Under the pieces are notes generated by a model, which was not told the DNA's origin, ran no database searches, and was given only the letters and a program-made list of their open reading frames with translations. The position numbers were made by a program, and so were the translations under genes. DNA of 64,000 bases from Candidatus Latescibacterota bacterium. GTDB lineage: Bacteria > Latescibacterota > UBA2968 > UBA8231. Shown piece by piece: positions 55,591-64,000 of this stretch (position 1 is its first letter; every line of letters starts with the position of its first letter). The stretch spans positions 2,048,001-2,112,000 of the forward strand of contig OZ244561.1 of the NCBI GenBank assembly GCA_965217585.1, read 5' to 3'.

Positions 55591-56472
55591 TTATCTCGGA
55601 TCTTCGACCGTATCGCCCTGCCGGTACGAGCCCAAGATGCGGACGAATGCGGTGGTCTCCTGGAGCTGCTCCACGGCTTGGGCGCAAGCCGCCTGCCCCA
55701 AGTGGCCCTCTAAATCGAGATAGAAGACGTATTCCCAAGGCCGCTCGGCCATGGGCCGCGACTCGATTTTGAGCAGGTTGATGCCGCGCTCGGCAAAGGC
55801 CGCGAGGCTCCGGCACAGCGCGCCCGGCACGTCCTTTAGCCCAAAGACGAGCGTAGCTTTCCACGCCTGAAGGCGCGGTGAAGCGGCTGGCGCGGTCGGT
55901 GCTGGCGCGGCGCGGCGGCTCACCACCAAGAAGCGGGTAAAATTGTGTGTGGCGTCCTCAATGCCGGGGACGAGGATCTCCATCCCGTACGCGGTCGCCG
56001 CTTGCGCCCCGGCTATGGCCGCTCGGTCGCGCGCGCCGCTGGCGGCCAGTTCTTTGACCGCTCCGGCCGTATCCTCCGCCGCTATCGTCTGAGCACTTGC
56101 CAACGAGTCGATGAAGTGAGTGCATTGGGCCAAGGCGGGCGGCTGCGACGCGATGTAGCGGATGTCCGCTAGCTGCACACCTCGGTTGACGATGAGGTTG
56201 TGAACGATGCGCAGCTTGAGTTCGCCGACGATGTGCACATCGCTCTGCAGCAGCAGGTCGTAGTTCTCGTGGATGCTGCCCATCAGCGAGTTCTCGATCG
56301 GCACGACTCCGCAAGCGCAAGACCCGTCTTCCACTGAGGCGAAAAGCGCCTTGAAATCGGGCTGTGACACCAGTTGTGTCTCTGGGGAAAAATAGGCCCG
56401 CGCGGCCGCCTCACTGAACGACCCGGCGTGTCCTTGGATAGCCACAGGACCGCATATCTCTGCTTGTTTCAT
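55591..56472 (-). CDS. pheA: Prephenate dehydratase
   Basis: GSFSE.A, VPIENS..G, NFTRF, INLLKIESRP ACT domain. Confidence 0.93.
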   Translation of the reverse strand: MKQAEICGPVAIQGHAGSFSEAAARAYFSPETQLVSQPDFKALFASVEDGSCACGVVPIENSLMGSIHENYDLLLQSDVHIVGELKLRIVHNLIVNRGVQLADIRYIASQPPALAQCTHFIDSLASAQTIAAEDTAGAVKELAASGARDRAAIAGAQAATAYGMEILVPGIEDATHNFTRFLVVSRRAAPAPTAPAASPRLQAWKATLVFGLKDVPGALCRSLAAFAERGINLLKIESRPMAERPWEYVFYLDLEGHLGQAACAQAVEQLQETTAFVRILGSYRQGDTVEDPR

Positions 56473-56476
56473 ACGC

Positions 56477-57106
56477 TCACGCGCTCAATTCTGCTTCACG
56501 GGCTGATTTGGACATTTGCTGGTCGTATTCCTTTTTCCATTTCACATAGCCGAAGACGATGATAACCAGATACGCGACAAACAACAAAGCGGTAAGGTAA
56601 AGCCCTCGGCTGTAGTAGAGATAAACCGAGACGCTGTCGATGACGAACCAGTACCCCCAATTCTCCAAAATCTTCTTGGTCACCATATAGGTCGTCACCA
56701 CCGCATACCAAGTGGTGAAGGCATCGACGTAAGGCAATGCCGCCGTTGTGTTTTCGCTCAAAAGATACCCGGACGTCACCACAATAGCACCCGTCGTAGC
56801 AATGACCACACTGTGCTTTTTGAGCGACCAAGTAGAAATGGGCAGTGTTGAGGATTGATCGGTGGGCCGCCATTGGTACCAGCCATAGACCGCCATGCCC
56901 AAGTAGTAAATCTGTAGGGCCGACTCTAGGAACAGATTGACGTCGAAGAAGACGTAGACGTAGATCGCGGTGCTGACGAAAGCCGCTGCCCAACACCAGA
57001 TGTTTTCCCGCGCCGCCAGCACCAAGTAGAGAATGGCCAAGACGACAGCCGGCACCTCCCACCAAGAGGTCAATTCCAGCGCTTGGAGTATTGCAGGGGG
57101 TTCCAT
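56477..57106 (-). CDS. pnuC: PnuC-family vitamin (nicotinamide riboside-type) transporter
   Basis: N.WCW, YGWYQW, PYVDAFTT, K.LENW.YW..ID. Confidence 0.9.
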   Translation of the reverse strand: MEPPAILQALELTSWWEVPAVVLAILYLVLAARENIWCWAAAFVSTAIYVYVFFDVNLFLESALQIYYLGMAVYGWYQWRPTDQSSTLPISTWSLKKHSVVIATTGAIVVTSGYLLSENTTAALPYVDAFTTWYAVVTTYMVTKKILENWGYWFVIDSVSVYLYYSRGLYLTALLFVAYLVIIVFGYVKWKKEYDQQMSKSAREAELSA

Positions 57107-57246
57107 TTTAGATGCACCAGCGTTCGCTTGGGCCGTTGTGCTGTCCTGCGAGCATGTTATTTCCTTTGGCGCGGTTGCGTGTCTCGTGGGTTCTGCCCAG
57201 TATATCGCATCAGCTTACATTAAATTGCAATTGACGGGAGCGATTC

Positions 57247-58029
57247 ATGCACCAGATCACCGACGCCCAAAAGCAGCAATTCAAAGAAGAGGGCTATTTC
57301 ATCCTCGAAAACGCCATCCCCGCCCACCACCTCGATCTCCTGCGCGGCGAATGCCAAGACTTCATCGACAAAGCCAACGCCCGGATGGACGCCGAGGGCA
57401 CGGATACCTTGGGTCTCAATCACCGCAACAGCCGCTACTTTGTCTCCAACTGCTTCCGCGAGCAGCCGCGCCTGCGCGAGTTTCTCTTCAGCCCCCTAAT
57501 GGCCGCAATCTGCCAAGCCACCCTAGGCGACGACGCCTACTTGTTCTGGGAGCAATACGTAGTCAAGGGTGCCGAAGCTGGCATGAAGTTCTCTTGGCAC
57601 CAAGACTCGGGCTACGTCGGCTACCCGGATCACAAGCCGTATCTAACCTGTTGGTGCGCCCTCGACGACATGTCCGAGGCCAACGGCACCGTCCACTTGC
57701 TGCCTTTTTCGCGCTCGGGCATTCGCTCTTGGGTCAAGCACATCCGCGAGGAGGAGAGCAACGATTTGATTGGCTACTTCGGCAGCGACCCCGGCGTCTC
57801 GGTCGTCGCTCCGGCTGGCAGCATTGCCGTCTTCACCAGCTACAACTTCCACTCCAGCGGCACCAACACCACCAATCAGATGCGCCGCGTGTACTTGGCC
57901 CAGTACTCCTGCGAGCCGATGACCTCGGCAGACGGCAGCAAACTCTGGGGGAATGCCGAGCCTTTTCTCAAGGCAGGTGAGTTGGTCGTCGGTCAGCCGC
58001 CGCCCGAGATCACCAAGTCCGCTCCTTGA
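57247..58029 (+). CDS. PhyH-family dioxygenase
   Basis: WHQDSGY, CWCALDD...NG, FHSSG.N....RR. Confidence 0.9.
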   Translation: MHQITDAQKQQFKEEGYFILENAIPAHHLDLLRGECQDFIDKANARMDAEGTDTLGLNHRNSRYFVSNCFREQPRLREFLFSPLMAAICQATLGDDAYLFWEQYVVKGAEAGMKFSWHQDSGYVGYPDHKPYLTCWCALDDMSEANGTVHLLPFSRSGIRSWVKHIREEESNDLIGYFGSDPGVSVVAPAGSIAVFTSYNFHSSGTNTTNQMRRVYLAQYSCEPMTSADGSKLWGNAEPFLKAGELVVGQPPPEITKSAP

Positions 58030-58891
58030 GCAGCTCTTGGATGGCGGCACGCGATACGGGCAGCTCGTCGATGTGACTCTCTAGCCAGCGCGAGAAGTCC
58101 ACCTCAATGGGGTCGGACCAGCGGGTATCGATCTGGCCGGGCGTGTATTTGCCCTCGGTCAGGCGCTGTTTGCCAAAGCGGTCGCGGAGCGCGATCAGCT
58201 CGGAGGTCTTGACCACCTGTTCGGCTATATGAGGCGGTATGAAGACGACGCCATCGTCGCGGCCGAGGACTACGTCGCCGGGCATGACCGTGGCGCCGCC
58301 AATGCGCACCGGGCAGTTGACCCCGGCCAGCATGATGGTGGGAGAGGCAAAGGTGGGGTGAAAGCCGCGCACGAAACTGGTGAAATTGGGTAGCTCTTGG
58401 ATGCCGTCGATATCGCGGACGGCCGCGTCGTGGACCACTCCGTTGCCCGAATTGGCGTAGATAGCGGTGGCGAGGTTGTCGCCAATGACGGCACCTTGGT
58501 CGATCTTGCCGAATACGTCGGCCACGTACACGTCCCCAGGCACCAACATATCAATAGGCCACGAGATCTGGTCGCCAATGCAACCGGCCCGCTCCCCTTT
58601 CTCTTCCATGACCCGACGCATGACGGGCCGCCGCGGCATATACGCGGCCGTCAGGGCGCGGCCCACCAGCACTTGGCCGGGATGCGTGCAAATCCAGCCG
58701 TCTTCGTACTGCCAGTTATAGCCGGGGCTGCGCAAGACGCCCCAAGCTTGGGTAATGCTGACGTTGTGCATGCGCGCGAGGATGTCGTCGGGCACCTTGG
58801 GGCGGCCGTCGGCAAAGCGCTCGCCCTCCCACTCCGGGGTGTACTCGATCAGCTCTTCTGGGGACATGTTCAAAGGGGCAAATTTTTCCAT
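58010..58891 (-). CDS. RraA/HMG-aldolase family protein
   Basis: GRALT, IGDNL, VRD, V.PGDVVLG..DGVVFIP. Confidence 0.85.
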   Translation of the reverse strand: MEKFAPLNMSPEELIEYTPEWEGERFADGRPKVPDDILARMHNVSITQAWGVLRSPGYNWQYEDGWICTHPGQVLVGRALTAAYMPRRPVMRRVMEEKGERAGCIGDQISWPIDMLVPGDVYVADVFGKIDQGAVIGDNLATAIYANSGNGVVHDAAVRDIDGIQELPNFTSFVRGFHPTFASPTIMLAGVNCPVRIGGATVMPGDVVLGRDDGVVFIPPHIAEQVVKTSELIALRDRFGKQRLTEGKYTPGQIDTRWSDPIEVDFSRWLESHIDELPVSRAAIQELLKERTW

Positions 58892-58932
58892 AGCAGTGTT
58901 TTCTCGTCGTTGAAGTTTGCGCAGTGTCTTCC

Positions 58933-59727
58933 CTACTTTCCCTTCCACACCGGCTTCCGCTTCTCGGTGAATGCCTTCGGTCCTTCGACAAAGTCGTCCG
59001 ATTCATACATGCGCTCGGCCAGCGGAAAGCGCGTATTGACAGCCTCCCACAAAGGCAACTCCAACCCCCGCACAGCCGCCTCTTTCCCCGCCTGCAGGGC
59101 CAAGGGCGCAGACGCCAAAATCGCCTCCACCCACTGCTCTGCGGCCGCTTGCAGGCCCTCTGCTGGCACCACTTGGTTGACTAACCCAATCCGCCGCGCT
59201 TCCTCCGCCGATATGAGTTCGCCGGTCAGTATGAGCTGCATGGCAGCGCTCCACGGCAGCCGCCGGACCAGCTTGTGGATGCCCCCGGCGTCGGCCAGCA
59301 ATCCTCGCCGCGCCTCGGGCAACCCCAATTGCGCGTGCTCGGCCGCCACCACCAAATCGCACCCTAAGACCAGCTCCAACCCGCCGCCCACCGCATAGCC
59401 ATTGACCACGGCCAACAGCGGCTTATAGCAGTCGCGGCCCCGCTGGAAACCCCGCGCCGCCCCGCTGGCCTCGGCGCGGTTGTGGCTGCGCGCGGCCTCG
59501 CCTGCTTCAGCCCGCCACTTCAGGTCTGCGCCAGCGCAGAACGCCCGTGCGCCGTTGCCGGTCAAAACCCCGACCCAGACGCTGTCATCGTCGCGGATTC
59601 GTTCCCAAGCGTCGGCTAGTTCCTCGGCCATGGGTGGGTGTATGGCGTTGAGAACCTCGGGGCGGTTGAGGGTGACCGTGGCGACGTGGTCGCGCTGTTC
59701 GTAGCGGATGAACTCGTAGTGGGCCAT
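58933..59727 (-). CDS. Enoyl-CoA hydratase/isomerase (crotonase)
   Basis: FCAGADL, GYAVGGGLE, GLPE. Confidence 0.93.
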   Translation of the reverse strand: MAHYEFIRYEQRDHVATVTLNRPEVLNAIHPPMAEELADAWERIRDDDSVWVGVLTGNGARAFCAGADLKWRAEAGEAARSHNRAEASGAARGFQRGRDCYKPLLAVVNGYAVGGGLELVLGCDLVVAAEHAQLGLPEARRGLLADAGGIHKLVRRLPWSAAMQLILTGELISAEEARRIGLVNQVVPAEGLQAAAEQWVEAILASAPLALQAGKEAAVRGLELPLWEAVNTRFPLAERMYESDDFVEGPKAFTEKRKPVWKGK

Positions 59728-59730
59728 TGC

Positions 59731-60714
59731 TCAAGAGGGTACTTCGACTAGGCTTCCCGATTCGGCGGCCTGCTTTAGCGCCTGTAGCGCAGCCACGTTC
59801 TTGAGGCCGTCTGCGGGGGGAAATTCGGGAGCCTTGCCTTGGAGAATGCAGCTAGAAAAGCGCTCTAACTGCACTTGAAAGCGATCTGGCCCGGAGAAGG
59901 TCTCCACGCGCTCGTCATTGCCGATGGCGATGTGCACCGCTGCCTGCTCGTCGAACATGTTGGGCACGCGGATTGCGCCGTGGCTGCCGACGACCTCCAA
60001 CACGCAGCGGAACGGCTCTTCCATGCCGGTCGCGATATAGGCGACGTGGTCGCCGGGGAAGCGCAATAGACCGGCCAAGGTCGAATCCACGCCGTTGCGC
60101 ACGTGCTGAAAAGCCTGCGCGGCCACGGGTTCGGCATTGAGCACAAAGCGCACCGCGCTGACGCAGTAGCACCCGGCGTCTAAGAGCGCGCCTCCGCCCA
60201 ATTCGGCCTTGGCTCGGACGTCGGTGGCCCAATCGCGGATGCCGAAGGTCAGCTCGGCCCGCGCCAACTTCACCTCGCCGATCTCCCCCTGCTGCACCAG
60301 CCGACGCGCGCACTGCAATTGCGGGTTGAGGCGGTGGGTGAAAGCCTCGACTAAGAGCACCCCGTTGGCTTGGGCGGCGTCGATCATCTGCCGCGCTTGC
60401 GCCACAGTAACGGCGAGCGGTTTTTCGCAGAGGATGTGCTTGCCGGCCTGCGCCGCCTTGATTGTCCACTCGCAGTGCATGCTATTGGGCAAGGGATTGA
60501 TGATCGCGTCGATTTCGGGATCGTCCAGCACAGCTTGGTACGAGCCGTAGACCTTGGCAATGCCGTATTGGGCCGCGCTTGCTTCGGCCTTGGCTTGGTC
60601 CCTGCTCGATATGGCCGCGATCTCGGCATTGCCTATAGCCTGCGCGGCCGGCAGGTGGCGGTTGAGGGCGATCTGGGCGGTGCCCAATACTCCATAGCGC
60701 ACAATATCAGTCAT
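59731..60714 (-). CDS. Gfo/Idh/MocA oxidoreductase
   Basis: GVLGTAQIA, GKHILCEKP, GGGALLDAGCY. Confidence 0.92.
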   Translation of the reverse strand: MTDIVRYGVLGTAQIALNRHLPAAQAIGNAEIAAISSRDQAKAEASAAQYGIAKVYGSYQAVLDDPEIDAIINPLPNSMHCEWTIKAAQAGKHILCEKPLAVTVAQARQMIDAAQANGVLLVEAFTHRLNPQLQCARRLVQQGEIGEVKLARAELTFGIRDWATDVRAKAELGGGALLDAGCYCVSAVRFVLNAEPVAAQAFQHVRNGVDSTLAGLLRFPGDHVAYIATGMEEPFRCVLEVVGSHGAIRVPNMFDEQAAVHIAIGNDERVETFSGPDRFQVQLERFSSCILQGKAPEFPPADGLKNVAALQALKQAAESGSLVEVPS

Positions 60715-60730
60715 GGGGTCTCCTGTACAA

Positions 60731-61945
60731 TCAGAGAATGACGCCCTGTGTGCGCAGCGCGGAGATTTCGGCCTCCGCGTACCCGGCCTCGCGCAGCACA
60801 GCCTCGGTATGTTCCCCGGCTAGGGGGGCGGGTGTCGGCGCTGGGGCTGGCGTCCCCGCTAGCCGCAGGGGCGTGCCGACGTGGTGCATAGCACCCACCT
60901 GCGGATGCTGGACTTCGACTAGCATCTCGTTGACGGCGAGCTGAGGGTCTGCTAGGGCCTCGGCTGTCGAGCGCACCGGTGCCACGAGGATGTCCTTGGC
61001 CTCCAGCAGCGGAATCCACTCGGCGCTCGTTTTCTCTGCGAAGATCGGCACCAGCCGTTCCCGCAGGGCCTCGCGGTGATCCACAGCTGCGGCGAGCGTG
61101 GCAAAGCGCGGGTCCCCGACGAGCCCTTCAATAGCTAGGGCTTCCTGCAAATCGCGCAATAGTTGGTCAAAGGGGCGGAAAAGCGCGGTGACCATCAAGA
61201 AGCCATCGGCCGTTTTGAACACCGCTCCGTCGAGCGGGTTGCCGCGCGGATGAGTCGCCCCTCCCGAGCCATCGTCTTCCCCGTCGTCGCCCAAGTTGAG
61301 GATTTTGGTCGTCGCCCAAGCCTGCATACTGATCATGCCGTCGAGGAGCGAGGTTTCCACATATTGCCCGGTGCCGGTGCGCTCGCGGGCCAAAAGCGCG
61401 AGGAGAATGCCCTGCGCCAGCAACATGCCGCCATTGAAGTCGGCCACCGTATAGGGCAGGCGCTGGGGCGTGCCGTGGGGGCCGACGAAGCGAGCCGCCA
61501 CGCCGCTCAGCGCTTGGGCCATGGACTCGTGGCCGCCCTTGTTGCGCTCGCTGTACGGGCCTTGCGAGCCATAGCCCGAGCCAACGGCGTAGATGAGCCG
61601 GGGGTATTCTTCCCGCAGTGCAGCGTAATCCAGCCCCAGCTTGGCCATGACGGCACCGGAGCGGAAGTTGTGCACCAGTGCATCCGTGTTTTCTAGCAGG
61701 CGATGGACGATCTGACGCCCAGCGGACTTCTTGAGATCGACGATTAGGCTTTTCTTGGAGCGGTTAAAGCTCGCAAAAGGCAGGCTTTGCTCCTTTATCC
61801 ACGGCCCAAAGGCGCGAGCTAGGTCGCCGCCGGGTCGCTCTATCTTGATGACTTCGGCACCGTGGTCGGCCAAAACTTGGGTGGCGGCTGGGCCGAAAAT
61901 CACTTGGGTAAAGTCGAGGACGCGGATGCCGTCGAGTGCGGGCAT
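60731..61945 (-). CDS. Family III CoA-transferase (CaiB/BaiF)
   Basis: LDGIRVLDFTQ..FGP, GAEVIKIE, NRSKKS, AP.AGEHT. Confidence 0.92.
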   Translation of the reverse strand: MPALDGIRVLDFTQVIFGPAATQVLADHGAEVIKIERPGGDLARAFGPWIKEQSLPFASFNRSKKSLIVDLKKSAGRQIVHRLLENTDALVHNFRSGAVMAKLGLDYAALREEYPRLIYAVGSGYGSQGPYSERNKGGHESMAQALSGVAARFVGPHGTPQRLPYTVADFNGGMLLAQGILLALLARERTGTGQYVETSLLDGMISMQAWATTKILNLGDDGEDDGSGGATHPRGNPLDGAVFKTADGFLMVTALFRPFDQLLRDLQEALAIEGLVGDPRFATLAAAVDHREALRERLVPIFAEKTSAEWIPLLEAKDILVAPVRSTAEALADPQLAVNEMLVEVQHPQVGAMHHVGTPLRLAGTPAPAPTPAPLAGEHTEAVLREAGYAEAEISALRTQGVIL

Positions 61946-62001
61946 GGGAGTACTCCAAGAATCGTTTGATCTGCGTTTTTCTTTGTTCAATTCCACGCAC
62001 C

Positions 62002-62421
62002 TCATGCCGATGGATGCGAAAAGTACACATGCAGGAATTCTTTTGGACTGAGCACTTGGCAGTTGCCTCGCTTTTCTAAAGGATAATGGTTTGCATTGCC
62101 CGTCACCAAGGGCCCCTCTGCCGATAGGGCTACTTCCAAAAACGGCGCGTCATCTAAATCCGGCAGGCAGCGTACGACGAAGCGACTGGCAATGTGTAGG
62201 GCGTTATTATCGAGATAGTCCAGTATGACTTCTCGGTCCTGTTCGGAGAAGTACGCACGGAAAGCGTCGCGACGCAAAACGTCGTGGTATTCGGCCAAGA
62301 TGCGGTCGTCCACCACGACTTGCAACGCATCTCCCTGCAACAAGTCAACGATCCGCCCGGGATAGCCGTGGGGGTTGATTAGCCCGGATACCAGAACGTT
62401 GGTATCAACGACGGCCTTCAC
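62002..62421 (-). CDS. PIN-domain toxin (PIN_3 type)
   Basis: VVDTNVLVSG, ILAEY, PD.DD..FLE.A, LVTGN..H. Confidence 0.88.
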   Translation of the reverse strand: MKAVVDTNVLVSGLINPHGYPGRIVDLLQGDALQVVVDDRILAEYHDVLRRDAFRAYFSEQDREVILDYLDNNALHIASRFVVRCLPDLDDAPFLEVALSAEGPLVTGNANHYPLEKRGNCQVLSPKEFLHVYFSHPSA

Positions 62422-62698
62422 GAAGGCCGCGTTCTTTCCTGCTCTGGTCAATTTCTGCTGCAATCGCCGCATCGTCGAGCATCCCCGCCGTCTCGGCCCG
62501 CTTTCGCACCCGGCTCACGGCGGCTGCAAAGAGCGTCCGACGAATCTCGCGCAGCGACTCTTCTAAGGTCTCTGGGGAGACGCTGATCATCAAGGCCGAG
62601 GGCTTGCCATCCTTGGTAATGACCAATTCTCGCTCGCTGGCCAGCTTTTCCCAGAGTTCCCTAGTCTTTTTGAGGTCTTTTACGGCAAGATAGTCCAT
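62405..62698 (-). CDS. Phd/YefM-family antitoxin
   Basis: VKDLK, LVITKDGKP.A; overlaps the PIN gene; SD AAGGAG. Confidence 0.85.
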   Translation of the reverse strand: MDYLAVKDLKKTRELWEKLASERELVITKDGKPSALMISVSPETLEESLREIRRTLFAAAVSRVRKRAETAGMLDDAAIAAEIDQSRKERGLREGRR

Positions 62699-62843
62699 AT
62701 ATATCTCCTTTTCATCTCTTTTTTATAATATATCTATATAACGTACGGCACAAGAGGCCCATCCATCCCGGCCTACACTATTCGATTTTGGTCGGGCTAT
62801 CTGAACTATTGTCAAACGAGATATGCTCTTTAACTTTGTAACC

Positions 62844-63677
62844 ATGACCCAGCCCCGCGCCCAAGCCGTCCTCACCCCCGAAGACCAAGCCTTCTTTGAA
62901 CAGCAGGGCTATCTCCTCGTCGAAGACGCCCTATCGCCCGACGCGCTCGCCGAACTCAACGCGGCCACCGACGCGCTCTACACACGCGACGCCGACGCCG
63001 GCTGGCTCGAAAAGGGCGGCAAGCTCAATATGCGCAACTGCATCGTCGAGCATCCCGCCTTCCTCCAACTCCTCGACTGGCCCGCCACGGTTCCGCTGGC
63101 TTGGCAGCTCCTCGGCTGGAATATCCAGATGCTCACTTCGCACTTGATCGTCCTGCCTTCGGGCGACGAGCCGGCTGAAGACGAAAAAAACAAGCTCGGC
63201 TGGCATCGCGATGGCGGCACCTCGCCCCGTGAGATGAGCGAGCCGCACCCGCGGATTTTACTCAAGATCGCCTATGCCCTCAGCGACCAGACCGCCCCGG
63301 CCTCGGGGGCTACCTGGATAGTTCCTGGCTCCAACCGCCTGCTCGGACGCCCGGCCACGGACCCTAAGACCGGTCTGCCATACGGCGCACAGGCGATGAA
63401 TATCCGCGCTGGCTCGGCCTTCTTGTTTGAGCAGCGCACCTATCATTCTATCGGCCACAACTGGGCAGGCTTTCCGCGCAAGACCGTGTTCTTTGGCTAC
63501 GGTTATCGCTGGGTCAAACCCATGGACTATATCGCCATGCCCGACGAACTCGTCGCCCGCTGCAATCCGATCCAAAAACAGCTCATCGGCGTCGTCGGAG
63601 ATCCCCTGAGCTACTACTTGCCCCGGGACGAAGACGTGCCGCTCAAGGCGCTCGTCGAAACGGAAGCGAACCAATAG
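62844..63677 (+). CDS. PhyH-family dioxygenase
   Basis: FFEQQGYL, WHRD, VPGSN, TYHS....R. Confidence 0.88.
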   Translation: MTQPRAQAVLTPEDQAFFEQQGYLLVEDALSPDALAELNAATDALYTRDADAGWLEKGGKLNMRNCIVEHPAFLQLLDWPATVPLAWQLLGWNIQMLTSHLIVLPSGDEPAEDEKNKLGWHRDGGTSPREMSEPHPRILLKIAYALSDQTAPASGATWIVPGSNRLLGRPATDPKTGLPYGAQAMNIRAGSAFLFEQRTYHSIGHNWAGFPRKTVFFGYGYRWVKPMDYIAMPDELVARCNPIQKQLIGVVGDPLSYYLPRDEDVPLKALVETEANQ

Positions 63678-63686
63678 AGGAGTACT

Positions 63687-64000
63687 ATGGATATCGCACG
63701 CGCATTGGATGCCTTGGGTGCCCACCAAGGCGTGTTGACCGAGCAGAACAGAAACGACCTCGACGAGAAGGGCTACACCGTACTGCCGGGCATTATCGAC
63801 GACGAGTGGCTCGCGGCACTGCGCACCCGCTTCGAGGAGCTGTGCGAGAAAGAAGGGGTCCACGCCGGTATTGAAGTCCATCAGGAGCAGGGCACTCGCC
63901 GCCTCTCCGACCTCTGCAACAAGGGGCCGGTCTTCGACCGCGTCTATACCTATCCCAAGGTGCTGGCCGCTATCCACCACGTCATCGGCCGCCCCTTCAA
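63687..64000 (+). CDS. PhyH-family dioxygenase, 5' partial
   Basis: SD GAGGAG; LDEKGYTVL, RRLSDLCNKG..F....HP-like; runs off the window end. Confidence 0.75.
   Translation, partial: MDIARALDALGAHQGVLTEQNRNDLDEKGYTVLPGIIDDEWLAALRTRFEELCEKEGVHAGIEVHQEQGTRRLSDLCNKGPVFDRVYTYPKVLAAIHHVIGRPF

Noticed and set aside
57107-57246. TPP, FMN or NAD riboswitch upstream of pnuC
   Set aside because: No recognisable aptamer core; the leader is short.
251-63980. Numerous antisense and alternate-frame ORFs of 60-300 aa
   Set aside because: Shadow ORFs expected in GC-rich coding DNA; Arg/Pro/Ala-rich, no motifs, fully overlapping well-supported genes.

Overview
A GC-rich, gene-dense bacterial chromosomal segment. 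The lineage is inferred, not proven: an FCB-group-like organism such as Latescibacterota. It shows hallmarks described for sponge symbionts, namely five PhyH-family dioxygenases and a YWTD/ankyrin eukaryote-like protein. The backbone is mostly catabolic (amino-sugar/sugar-acid operon, PLP sulfur-lyase plus TauE operon, sugar ABC transporter, CoA-transferase operon), plus nfeD-floA, tRNA-Leu(CAA), hrpA, pheA, pnuC and a NarL-type two-component system. Small accessory islets without any integrase are scattered through it. These are an N6A-methylase/nuclease cassette, a ~8 kb island next to the tRNA-Leu 3' end (AAA/PD-(D/E)XK nuclease, eukaryote-like protein, Rpn, pseudogene, IS630 remnant), three PIN toxin-antitoxin loci, and a two-gene islet with a lone attC-like site. 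The best lead is the R-M-like cassette, which is flanked by a 79-bp duplication of the host gene 3' end differing only at synonymous positions. Its junction carries a 14-bp motif (CCGCGCAACATCAG) that recurs at a second junction inside an 11-6-11 dif/Xer-like site, suggesting an undescribed cassette-exchange system. Other leads are a sigma54 promoter and internal start in the Rpn gene, a HicB-VapB chimeric antitoxin, a hidden 52-aa membrane ORF, and apparent CCWGG deamination decay. All calls come from manual motif reading; no searches were run.
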